The notes beneath the pieces were generated by a model. It saw only the letters and a list, made by a program, of their open reading frames with translations. It had not been told where the DNA came from and ran no database searches. Made by a program: the position numbers and the translations under genes. DNA of 64,000 bases, from NCBI GenBank assembly GCA_964057225.1, contig OZ059896.1, positions 15,128,001 to 15,192,000 of the forward strand, read 5' to 3'. Origin of the DNA: Auanema rhodensis (lineage: Eukaryota; Animalia; Nematoda). Shown here in pieces: positions 1 through 11,791 of this stretch (its first letter is position 1; each line of letters starts with the position of its first letter).

Positions 1-38
1 TCTACAGTCCTCCGCTCTACCAACTGAGCTATCGACGG
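1..38 (-). tRNA. tRNA-Tyr(GUA), 5' part only (cut by window edge)
   Basis: Reverse complement reads CCGTCGATAGCTCAGTTGGTAGAGCGGAGGACTGTAGA. Confidence 0.85.
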
Positions 39-77
39 AACGAATCTGTTGTTTTCAGAGGTTATTGTCAATAACTG

Positions 78-126
78 ATATCTACACTTCTACAATCCTC
101 CGCTCTACCAACTGAGCTATCGACGG
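78..126 (-). pseudogene. tRNA-Tyr 5' half plus intron; 3' exon and terminator deleted; C32>T
   Basis: CCGTCG...GGATTGTAGAAGTGTAGATAT joins directly to spacer CAGTTATTGAC. Confidence 0.9.
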
Positions 127-205
127 AACGAAGCTGTTGTTTTCAGAGGTTATTGTCAATAACTGCTATAATCAATATTTTAAATGGAACAAAAAGAAAA
201 GAAAC

Positions 206-288
206 TCCGTCGAGCCGGATTCGAACCAGCGACCTAAGGATATCTACACTTCTACAGTCCTCCGCTCTACCAACTGAGCTATCGACGG
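206..288 (-). tRNA. tRNA-Tyr(GUA) with 10-nt intron
   Basis: A box TAGCTCAGTTGG, anticodon GTA, intron AAGTGTAGAT after G37, B box GGTTCGAATCC, T-rich terminator. Confidence 0.97.
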
Positions 289-367
289 AACGAATCTGTT
301 GTTTTCAGAGGTTATTGTCAATAACTGCTATAATCCATATTTTAAATGGAACAAAAAGAAAAGAAAC

Positions 368-450
368 TCCGTCGAGCCGGATTCGAACCAGCGACCTAAG
401 GATATCTACACTTCTACAGTCTTCCGCTCTACCAACTGAGCTATCGACGG
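368..450 (-). tRNA. tRNA-Tyr(GUA) with 10-nt intron, anticodon-stem variant
   Basis: Same as the other copies except GAGGA>GAAGA, which gives an A29-C41 mismatch. Confidence 0.9.
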
Positions 451-529
451 AACGAATCTGTTGTTTTCAGAGGTTATTGTCAATAACTGCTATAATCAAT
501 ATTTTAAATGGAAGAAAAAGAAAAGAAAC

Positions 530-612
530 TCCGTCGAGCCGGATTCGAACCAGCGACCTAAGGATATCTACACTTCTACAGTCCTCCGCTCTACCAACTG
601 AGCTATCGACGG
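530..612 (-). tRNA. tRNA-Tyr(GUA) with 10-nt intron
   Basis: Identical to 206-288. Confidence 0.97.
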
Positions 613-651
613 AACGAATCTGTTGTTTTCAGAGGTTATTGTCAATAACTG

Positions 652-700
652 ATATCTACACTTCTACAATCCTCCGCTCTACCAACTGAGCTATCGACGG
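652..700 (-). pseudogene. tRNA-Tyr 5' half plus intron; 3' exon and terminator deleted; C32>T
   Basis: Identical to 78-126, with the same deletion junction and the same substitution. Confidence 0.9.
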
Positions 701-779
701 AACGAAGCTGTTGTTTTCAGAGGTTATTGTCAATAACTGCTATAATCAATATTTTAAACGGAAGAAAAAGAAAAGAAAC

Positions 780-802
780 TCCGTCGAGCCGGATTCGAAC
801 CA
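780..802 (-). pseudogene. tRNA-Tyr 3' fragment (B box plus 3' acceptor strand) at the array edge
   Basis: TGGTTCGAATCCGGCTCGACGGA; homology stops abruptly after 802. Confidence 0.88.
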
Positions 803-1108
803 CAGACCCAAACAAGATAGCGATTTATAAAACTTGAATTTCTAGCATGAACGATTTTGGAAGCTGCGGAAGAAAATGACCAACCTGTTGAATTTAGTTC
901 ACTTGATCATAATAGTCGCATGTTATGATTGTAATTGTTTTGTATACAACTAGTAATAGAAAATCTATTTATAAACAATTAATTATTATTCATCATGATG
1001 TGAATTAAGAACACTAGGTTTCTAATAGAATCACAAGGAAATATTCAAGAATACAACTGAAACAGCCTGATTGTGTTTTAGCAGTTAAGATTAATATTAT
1101 ATTATACA

Positions 1109-2947
1109 TTAAAGAGCTGTCCGCATGCCAGCGTGGGGCAGTCCGATTTCGACATAGAATTCGTCCATTATAGAGGTGTAGATTTTCTGAATATATCGAT
1201 GAATACGGTACCGCTCAGACTCAGATACCTCATTGATTTTAGCCAAATACGCCGCAAGACCTTCAATATAGTATATTCTGTGTATGATCTTCATTAGTTG
1301 AAGTGTAGGAAAGTGTATGAAATGTTCATAAGTATTTTTCAAACTGAAGTCTCTTGTAGAATTAGGAATAATCTTTAAGAATGTTAAACGATCGGAAATA
1401 GAACCCATAGATCGAAACTAACCGTGTTTGGTACTTTCATGGGAGTAACATAATGAGTAAAATCACTTAAGCAATATTCAGAAATTAAATATAATACGTG
1501 AACGAGCTTACATTGTAACTGTGTCTGTATCATCGAAATTCAAGTAACTTACAGTGAAATATTCATTCGTGAGTGCTAAGATATCTTGAGTGAATTCGTG
1601 AAGATTATTCTCCAGCTCAGTTACACTACTCGAGGATCGAGAAATGTGAATGATTTGTTTTGTGATCAATATTTTCACATCTAGTAGGATATGCATACGT
1701 TTGTCAAGGATTTCAACAAGGTTTTCAGTAAAACGTTTCATATACTGAAAATATTATCAGATATTACTCAAATTTCAAAGCTTACATTTTCAATATATTT
1801 ACCACCATTAAATGCTTGACCGGTAGTAGGATCACTTTCTAAATCTCAAAATAAATATTTTGTAAGCTAAAAAATATAAAATTACCTGAACATAATATTG
1901 TTTTATCTAGAGTGACAACTGGAAGGACTTCGCTAAAACATGTGTTACAGTCCATACCTTGCCCATCTACGAATAAAATACGCTAGATAGGTGGAAAGAC
2001 ATTACCTTCCAATGTATTTTGAGTAAATGATACATTTGTAAATTCTGAATTAATTCGAGAAAATGATGATTCGGAGACAGTAGATAACTCGGCAACAAGC
2101 TCCTCCGTATTTTGTTTATTATGATTATTTCTACCCGGAGACAATTGAGAACCAGACAAAGAGACAAGACTTGAACGACGCATCGCATTCTTATCCATTC
2201 TATTTCGGCATTTTTGCAATGTTTTGTATACTTCATCTAAAAGATCTAAATATAAAAGTCAATATCAGATTAATATATCAAACTGTTGGTATCAACAACA
2301 AGTATTTCGACAGGAGAAGTTGCGGATTGAAAAAATAATGCTTCTTTTGGTATTGATTCTATCATAGTAACGACAGCTGTCGCTGAAGCAGCTGTTTTCA
2401 TGCTCCCCTTCTCTTTGGAATCATTATTGATACCTTCTTCAAATCCAAAATTAAAGTAGTATTACACAATTCATGAAGTACTTTTGTTTATATCATTAAA
2501 TTGATCAAAAAAATCCAATTTCCCTTCAAATTCGCAACGGTATTTGAAGCTGAAATCATTATTCGAACTTTTGCACTAAAACTAACTTAGTGATATTGAA
2601 GTCAACGATATCAAGTTTATTATAAATGAGAATAATATCTTCAACAGCTATCTCTGCTTCAGCCAATCTGGATAACATTTTCTTCCTGAAACTGAATAAA
2701 AACGTGAACTTTCATGCTAAGAAGAAATGTCTACTGCGATGATAAATTTGTAGCTGTACGGACTGAATCGATTTCATCAACATATTTCTGCCAAATACTT
2801 ATACCTTTAACTGATGTTTCACCTCTTTGCAAGCAGCTAAAAACAAATACTAAGATTGTTTAATAGCAAAAATAAATAAGCTAACTCCTTCACATATATC
2901 CACATACGACTTTCTTCCTCTAAGGTGAACTTATTTCGATAAGACAT
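1109..2947 (-). CDS. Multi-exon protein (about 400 aa) with an N-terminal Rap1/TEBP(DTN)-type Myb/homeodomain-like domain
   Basis: Spliced N-terminus: MSYRNKFTLEEESRMWIYVKD|CLQRGETSVKGISIWQKYVDEIDSVRTATNLSSH|FRKKML. This fits the Rap1-Myb pattern FTxEE...W...KG..IW......RT...L..HFRK. Downstream exons join in phase through track ORFs 1983-2219, 1508-1741 and 1109-1408. The gene is well supported; the family call is an inference. Confidence 0.65.
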
Positions 2948-3865
2948 GAAACAGCCTACCAAATTAGTAAACATGGAAAAGATTTGTAATTGTTTTAAAA
3001 AATGCACAACTATATAACAAGAAAATACACAACAACTGAACATTGCAAACTTTACGGGTAAGACAACAATGAAAAATTAAGCGTCAACATAAAAATACAG
3101 ATTTTATTAGCATATTCAAAATATCGAATACCACGAATTTCAAGCATCCTTCGATCCAACTGGGAGCGGAACATTGCTCGACTAGCTAGATCGAACGGGA
3201 TTGTGTACTCTCACCGTGATATGGTTGTAAACGAATACCTTCTTTTGTCACTGGAATTTGTACAAAGTTCAACCGTTCATTTCAGTTTGTTATTGAGAAA
3301 TGACGTCATTTCACGTAGAATATTCTTCTATAATATTCATCGAGAGGCATATCGGGAAGCTTCCAATGCCTCATCATCGCAACTTTGGATCTGTAACCTC
3401 AATCCAGCTTTGGTTCATCTGGTGTTCGGTTCTCCACCTTATTTCCTCCTTATTTCTTACTGATTCTATGTAAGTCGAATACTCACCCCCTTCTTCGATA
3501 ATGCAAGATTCTATCCCACCTCCTAGAAAATACTGCGCTGACCTTTCAGGCCAACCTGCTCCACATCATCTGGCGTCCGATCTAGTAGTCTGAAATAATG
3601 ACTTGATATTATTTAATTCCGGGTTTTATAATGAAAACAAGGCGAAAATTACAAAGAGAAGAAAGAAAAAAATATCTGCTTTGTTCTTGAAGCATTTCAA
3701 ATACTTGAAATGCACTAATTTTGAACGATGACAGCCTCTCGTTTAAAAAGTTAAGGATTTTGACTTGCTGCCTAGCCTAAAGGGAGATCAGAGGAATGAA
3801 ATATAATATATGTTTCAAGCACCTCTGTGTTTTGAATCTTTTCTCACTTATTAACTAAAAGAATT

Positions 3866-4397
3866 ATGAATTGCAAATCGTTTGAATTGAACAGCAAAGA
3901 GACGTTAGTTTTCAGTTTTGTTCATATTACCTTTTCTTCATTTTAATATTGGCCCTTTTTTTAATAATTTGTGCCTGCTATTTCAGACGGGAGTCTCATT
4001 TATGGAGGAATAATTCTCAAAACAATCTCACAAAAGAAGATGTAATAGTAAAATCTTCAACCGTAGGTGAAGAAAAGAATACTAAAGTACAAATGAAACT
4101 TTAATGATTTATATGCTTTTATGTTATATGTTTATGCTTATAGGTGATTCACTTTTTGGAATTAGCTCTTGAAACTTGTGGAATTGAAAATGAAATAGCA
4201 ACTTTCATCAAACGAAATTGTGATGAAGCATTTGGTATTCACTTAGTTTGTTCAATTTTTCTTGAATGTTTCAATACCTTTCAGGAATGAATTGGCAAGT
4301 TATTGTTGGAAGAAATTTCGGATCTCATTTAGATTGTATAGAATATATACATTTAACTATATCTAAAATATCAGTATTGATTTTTCGCTGTATGTGA
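3866..4397 (+). CDS. Divergent dynein light chain (LC8 family), 4 exons
   Basis: MNCKSFELNSKET|RESHLWRNN...KNTK|VIHFLELALETCGIENEIATFIKRNCDEAF|GMNWQVIVGRNFGSHLDCIEYIHLTISKISVLIFRCM*. Contains an LC8-type W..IVGRNFGS motif. Missed by the ORF track. Confidence 0.9.
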
Positions 4398-6118
4398 AGT
4401 TAATCTTTTCAACATACTAATGCTGCTTCAAGAGGTCTTCATTTCAATATATATAATTCAGAAAAATAATTACGATGTATTAAGTATTGGTTTTTTTTGA
4501 TCATTTCGATATCTTCACATCTGGTATCTAGACTGTCTGTTGTATTCTATCCGATCCATCTTTAACTCCAGGAATGTTCTCTAGTTTAACCAGCGAGGTG
4601 CTTGCTTTGGCTCCACAAGGGCGTGGGTTCATCCATTTTCCTTATGGCTTCGCATATCACCTGAGAATGCTTTAGTTATTTTGTTTACATGTCTGTAGGA
4701 TACTTAACAGGCCCAAGCAGGTATTGTATTAACTACAAACACACTACGCATTTAAGTGATTATTAGAAGACTGAAAATTTTCTTTTTTAATTTTCTTCGG
4801 CTATGAAAGGGAATAAATATAAAATATAAACATATTGCATACATGCTAAAAGTTTAACCTATTTTACCTTAGTTTTTCAGGCCCCATTCTTGTATATTGT
4901 TGATCAATTCATAAACTTGAAAATTGCTCTGTTAAGATAATTAGTTTTATTGAGCGTTCTCGAAAAATCCGTCGTTTTTCCACATTTCAGTAGATTTTAC
5001 TGGCTATTTTCATCTTTTTTTGTGATGTCATTATGAGCTGTCCAATGAAAACTTAAAAACCAATAACAAATGCTCTCAATTATTAGTTAAAGAAAAAAAT
5101 TCTTTTTCCCTCCAGTTTATATAAATTTTTAAAAATTTCTTTTTGATTTATTATTTTGTTTTACATAACTGTTAATGATGACATAATGAATGTAAATTAA
5201 CTTTTAATATTATTGACTTCACTAGACTAATTCTTCAGATTGTTCTTTAGACTTCGTTCTTTCCCATCAAACTAAATTCAATTGTTATTTTTTCTCTTTA
5301 TACTCTTTTAGATCACTTATTTTCTATTCAAAATGTACAAGTGGAGAAAAAGACAGAGTGAAATGAAATAGACAACTCAAAAGAATACAAAGATGAGACA
5401 TTGCTTGCTGCTTCTAACTACTGGCAACAAAAAAACAGAAAAGAAGTTAAAGCCTAACAGCTACTTCTCGATATTAAAAAAGGTTTTAAAGCATTTCTTT
5501 CCTTTCAATCCAGAACGTTTGGAATTACTTGTTCGTCACTGATTGCTCATTTTCGAGTTTTAAAACCAATGTATTTCAACTCTATTTCTGTTGGCAAGAG
5601 GAATGATATTTTCTGCTTGAAAATTCAAGTATTTTCTACGTCGTTTTCTTCTTCTTCCCGTAATTTTCTGGGTTTTCAACTGCAATTCCTTTGCGGTTTC
5701 TCTCAAATAGATAGCTCGATGAAATGATGTTAACGTCCGTCAAATGCTCTGTCTGTTAAGGAGCTTGGAACTGCATGTGTGATCTGCAGCTAAATCCATG
5801 CTGCAGTTCCTTCGCATTCAGCTATTTTGTGATTTACATTTAACATTTCATCCACTCTCGTCTTTACTCTACTGTAGATAATATATATATATTTTTTTTT
5901 TGAATATGAATTGAACAACATATAGCATGTAATATGATAATACACAATCTTACTTTTCCGAATTTAATGTGTTCTTCCTTATTAACATATTACTGTTTAT
6001 CCATAAAACATTATCAGTCTAATCCAATTTATCATTTTACACTTCAAGCTACTAACTAGTTAAGTAACAAAATGCATGTCCTTACAAAGAAGGGCATCAG
6101 CCTAAGTCCTCATCGCCG

Positions 6119-6335
<217 letters not shown>

Positions 6336-8166
6336 TTTTTTTTTATCTTTGTCGTCTCCTCTGCTACTCTTCCTGTTTCTCCTCTCTCGGTCGTTTGCAG
6401 TCTATCTATCTCTATCTCTATCTCTATCCCTCTCTATACTAGTGTTACTGCTAAGGCTGCCGCAACTACTGCTCCTCCCATCTCATCACTTCAACCTCCT
6501 TTCGTTGCCTTCTGCCCTCCTCCAATCTGCTCACTTTTCCAGAAATCTAACCTTTCCTTCTGCCATTCGTTCAATACGAATGTTTCACATATCATCTCAT
6601 CCTATCTTTCACTTCATTCGTCTTTCTTTCTTATTACTTCATCGATATTTACGACGCTGGGATGCCGAGACAAGATATGAAAACGGGGCAGAAGTTTTAC
6701 GTGAATGGCATCTCATAATCATTTTGATTTCGCTGAACGTTGAAACCGGTTGCTTCTCTATTCCATCGTTCTTTCTTCGCTTATACTTTCCACAAACTTT
6801 TTTTCGTATGTATATCACTTATACTCTATTGTTTCTTATTTATCACAGATTCCTTATGCTGTCTCTTGATTTGCTTCATGACCCCGCCCGCTATATTCTG
6901 ACATCCCTTCTCATATTCTTTATTCTCGCTCGAACTTCTAGTTTTATATCCCATTTCTCACTGGATTCTTCCGTCTTGTTAGTAATGTTCCTATGGCATT
7001 CCATGTACGGCGGACGAATGAGTGCAGTCATTCATCATGATTTGTATGCTTCAAAAATAGAATGAAAGAATGCTAATATATTGATTGTTTCTTCTTTCTC
7101 TTTACTTTAGAAGTAAAAGTTTCTGTATTTTCGTCTCGATATTTTCTCATTGAACTCTTATAAGGCATTTCTCGCTTTTTCTTTCCTTTTCTTCTCCTCT
7201 CTTTTCTCTATCTTTTTAAATTTTATTTCTGTAACTTCTCTCTTTATGCCTCCTTATATTCGTCTTTTTTCCAAAAAAGCTGTTTCTGATGTAGAAAATA
7301 AGTATTTACAAGTTTCTTCCGTTGGAAATTCTCTCTGTATGAAAACAAGGTCAACCAAAAATACATGATTGATGTGAAATGATGGAATAGTGTCATGGTT
7401 GTTACCGAGTTTTTTGGATATTTTTAAAAGAGGAAAAGTAATGAAACCAGAAATAAAATTTGAAAGAATCTCTGATAATCCTTAAACGAAAATATCTTGA
7501 TAATTTTTCACTTTTTCTTCAATAGTTATTGATTTCTTGATGATGATGACTTCTATTTCATCTGGTTATATTAGAACAATGAACAGAGCTGCTACGAATG
7601 AATGAAAGTCTTTGGAAAAAACAGAGCGAAAGAGAGAGAGACCGAGAAAGAGAGAGAGACTGAGAGAAAGAAAGAGAGAGAGAAACAGACCTATGCAAAG
7701 CTTGGCAATGAAAGAAGAACTTTCCCTAATGGAAACATACAAAAGTATTTTCAACTATCAAACAGCTTTTGCAAAGCACATCTACCAAATAAGAAAAAAG
7801 TACTTAACTCTCTTCTGGAGGTTCCAAAAGCTTCATATGTACATATCGATTTCCCCTCCTTTTTAAAAAGTCTACTATTCAGTTTTTCTTACTTTCGTTC
7901 ATCTCCAATGCTATTCTCAACTTATGTGCCACACCAGAGCTTCTCTGACGTTCCCTCTCTATTCCATTCCTCCCCAAACCCTCTCTATCTTCATTCGTTC
8001 CACTCTCAACTATCTTCTTCTTCTGCATCTTCAGCTTTCCCGAGTTCAGACATAAACATGAAATGAGTGTATGTATGTGTGTGAGCCTCATCCATAAGCA
8101 TGCGTAGCAATAGGATTTGGTTTATTCGCCATTCATGCTTTTTTTATTTTTCTCTCTGCTTTGAAA

Positions 8167-8171
<5 letters not shown>

Positions 8172-8231
<60 letters not shown>
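8172..8231. repeat. Compound (TA)n(TG)n microsatellite
   Basis: Directly visible in the sequence. Confidence 0.95.
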
Positions 8232-8232
<1 letters not shown>

Positions 8233-10547
8233 AGTTGGATAGCTGGATAGACGAATATGATAGAGAAATCAAGCGAATCATGAATATTCTACATGCGTAC
8301 CCCCAGAGAAAGAAAGAGAAATATTGGAACAGAAGGTAAAATTCAAAGAAAGGGGATATACTCTAAAGTCAAAGAGTAGGCAGATTCCTACAAAGATAAA
8401 ACCAAGAAAAAAAGAGTTACAAGAAAAAGAGAAAGAGAGAAAGATAAGGGGGAGAGATTGAACGAAGAAGAGATAGAGAGAGATTTTGTCATCATGTATC
8501 AATTTCACCAACAAATGTTCGAATTTTCATCTTGTAATATTGATTGCTATGTTCCCATCGTTTATCATATTAACAATAGAGTATTATTATTCGTAAAATT
8601 GCCAAGGAAACAACCTGTTTCCTGTCCTTGCCCCCACCCTCTAATGAGATTTCTCTTTTCTGTCTCACATACATACATTCAACTGCCCTGGTCCTCCTTT
8701 CTCCATTTATTGTTGTTCTTTTCGATCACTCTATCTATTGTCTCTGTATTTAGCCTAAACAAGCCAGATAGCATGACAATATGTGAGAGTAAGTATCTAG
8801 CATGCAAGACAGCAGATGTACGTTGTCAAGTAACGGCACCAAAAGCAGAGTAAGCCTGTTAATGCTCGAAACCCTACCACGAACATTTCCTTTTATTCAT
8901 TTTCATCGTTTTCTCTTCACCGATCTTAATTGCCTCTTTCAGTTGTTTAAATGTTTTTCGTTATAGGAAAATCTGCTCTTTTATATATAAAGTTGTATAT
9001 GTGCGTATATGATCAAGCTATTTCTATGTCTTCACTTACAATTCAAATATTCGTTATTCACGACCTCATATCGATCTGCTTTGCTCAGCTCCCGCTGATA
9101 ATTTATGGTTTACTTATGACTCTCCAGATGTATTTATAACACCAATTCTATTGACCCAAAAAAAAAACGTTTCAGATAACTTTTCCTCAGAAAATGATTT
9201 CTCGCTCTGCTCTTCACTCTTTTACTTTTCTTTCTTTCCAATTCTCTTCACACCTTTGCACTCTCTCCTCTCCTTGTTCTCTCGCACCGTCTCTGTGTTT
9301 CTGTTATTTTTCTCTTCTCTCTCGTTTTATACATAGCAACTCATGTGTTCCAACTTTTGCTTCATTCTCACCCTGTTTCTCTACATAGCGCATTTATTCT
9401 TCAAAATTCTGTTTTAGAATCTATTTTTCGTAAACTTAATCAAGCATATTCGAACAGGCTCTTTAGCCCCCTCAATTGCCTCCTGAGCATTTTATTCAAA
9501 ATTTCCATATTAATTTAATTGTTTTTCTATTTTTTCTTTTGATTTGCGATATAAAGTGACATCTTTTTCCATTTTTCCCTTACTTTTTGACCTTGTATTC
9601 TTATAATTGTATCTTTGATTTCTCCCGATATGAGATACAATAGACATGAGGGAAGAGGGTATCGAGTTTGACAATGGCAGTTCCGCTCATCAATTTTTCC
9701 AACAGAAAATCTTTACACCTTTTTTTCTCTTTTTTTCATAGCCTAATTCATATATATATATATGACATTAAAAAAATTTAAAAGTTTTTCATATAAGATC
9801 AACAGAAAACTCTCTGGGCTTTTGATGTAATTTTTGATAAAACTCTACCATATAATGATATATTTCTGTTTTGATCTACTATACTTCGCTCTAGATCAGC
9901 CGGAACTTATACCTTCTATTTACATCCCATTATTTACAATCATTAATCTTGAATACATACATAGTTAGTAGAAATAAATATATTGGCTTAAATCCAACTT
10001 TTATTATAAATATATTTATTTTCCGATCAAATCGATTAACTTATATTTTTCTTCCTTTCTCTTTCTTTTACCCTCCATCATCTCTCTCTCTCTCTCAATT
10101 TTTGTTTTTCTGCTCCCAATCTTTAGCAGGAGTTTTCGCCATCTAGCCGTCGCCCAAAATTTTAACATTGTCCGCTTCAACTTTGGCCATTCACTTTCCT
10201 TTCTTGACATAAAAAAGTTACTTCGACAATCTCAAAACAAAACAAAGTCAATATAGAGTTTGGCATGTCAGTCAGTTACTGTTTGCGTTATATTTCTCTT
10301 CGCAAGTAAATACTTTTGTGAAATTCTGTTTGGGAAAAACATAGTCCCGTCGTCTCTTCTCCTTTTCCCATTTATTGTGCTTTCTAGCGAATTTTTTTTT
10401 GTTCATGTTAGTCCTTTGCGTGAGAATTGGTGAAAAATTTTCCACACATTTGTCCTAACACACCTTGGTATTCTCTTGTTTGAAACATTTTTTGCTTTTT
10501 ATTTCTGCTATTACCATCTTAGATATATTAATTATTTTCTAGAAAAC

Positions 10548-11260
10548 ATGAGGTTACTTGTTGTATCTGCTGTCATCTTATCTATTATTGTCAGTACTAC
10601 TGCTTTGAAATGCTATACGTGTAACTCGTTAACTAATAAAAATTGTCTGGATAAGTATGAAAAGTTAATTGTGGTAAGAATTTGTTTTAGTTTTGTTTTT
10701 GATTCTACGGCCTAGTTTTAGTAAATAATATGAATATATTCCAGAAATGCGTTCCACGTAAATTTGGTGGATCAACTACATCTGTTGCTCCCACTGGATG
10801 CCGAAAAATAACTCAATACGCTAATGGTAATTAATTTTTCTTTATAATTCTGGATTTTATTTTCGAAAATCTTACGAATTTTTTTGTTTTTTGTTGTGTT
10901 GTTAAACTTCTATGTCTTTGCGTGTTTTTTTTTGAAAATCCCAATATCACATACACATATTGTAGGAGAATCATCTGTCATCAGAGAGTGTGCTTATCTC
11001 GGAGAAGCAGAAGATAAATCACAAAAGGTCAGCCTTGTTTTTGCATCTTTCTTCTTCCTCTAAATCTATTGCTTTTCTTTTTTATTTTCATTTTTGTTTG
11101 AGTATATGCTTAGAATATCCTCTACATATTTCCGTTTTAGGGATCGTTGGGAGTTAGCAGAACTTATCATCAATGTACATCAGATCTTTGCAATTCTGCT
11201 GTATCTTACAACATTTTATTAGTTCCAGCTTTTATCATGGTTATATACAATATGTTATGA
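10548..11260 (+). CDS. Ly6/uPAR (three-finger, quiver-like) secreted, probably GPI-anchored protein, 4 exons
   Basis: Signal peptide MRLLVVSAVILSIIVSTTA, then LKCYTCNS...C...|KC...GCRKITQ|...VIRECAY...|...QCTSDLCNS and a hydrophobic tail. Confidence 0.92.
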
Positions 11261-11791
11261 TTCTGAAAAACAAAAATCTCTTTAATTTCGATTCTTTATT
11301 TTTAAATTTAGAAAATATTCGATAATAGGTAAATTGTTTTTTTTCAGAGCTTTTTTGTTTAGTTTTCTGTATGCTATATACATATATTATGAATTAGAAT
11401 ACAATTTTTATATACTAAACTACTGATAAGACATTTTGAAAATTAAGCAAAAAATGCCTAAAACAAAATATTAATTAGTCGTTTACGTGCATTTCAAGTA
11501 TTTTTGGCTCTCTCGCGCTTCAATATATTGATTAACCTTTGTAGGTGGTTAAAATAATAAATTGTCTTATAATAGCATTTTCTTTGTGAAATAATTTTCA
11601 ACAAACTTAGTTCAAACATAATATTTTAATTAAAACTTGAAAAAATGATAAATTATGTACATTGGTGCCTATTAACTGAATATAGTTGTCTTGGAAGTTC
11701 TTATAAATTCTATTTTGGTGTACGAAAAAAGATACAAAAAGTAAAATGTATTAGTACAATCAGAAGGAGATAGGAAGAAAGACAAAAAATG

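Larger units (their letters stand above)
1..802 (-). repeat. Left tandem tRNA-Tyr array (162-bp units plus 88-bp deletion units; runs off the left edge of the window)
   Basis: Full genes at 206-288, 368-450 and 530-612 (period 162). Half genes at 78-126 and 652-700 (574 bp apart). Window-truncated copy at 1-38. 3' fragment at 780-802. Confidence 0.97.

Noticed and set aside
153-689. 178-aa repetitive ORF
   Set aside because: Antisense translation of the 162-bp tRNA units.
840-955. Possible terminal exon that would place the left array in an intron
   Set aside because: Only an acceptor-like TTTCTAG and short frames with no recognisable homology; it cannot be supported without upstream sequence.
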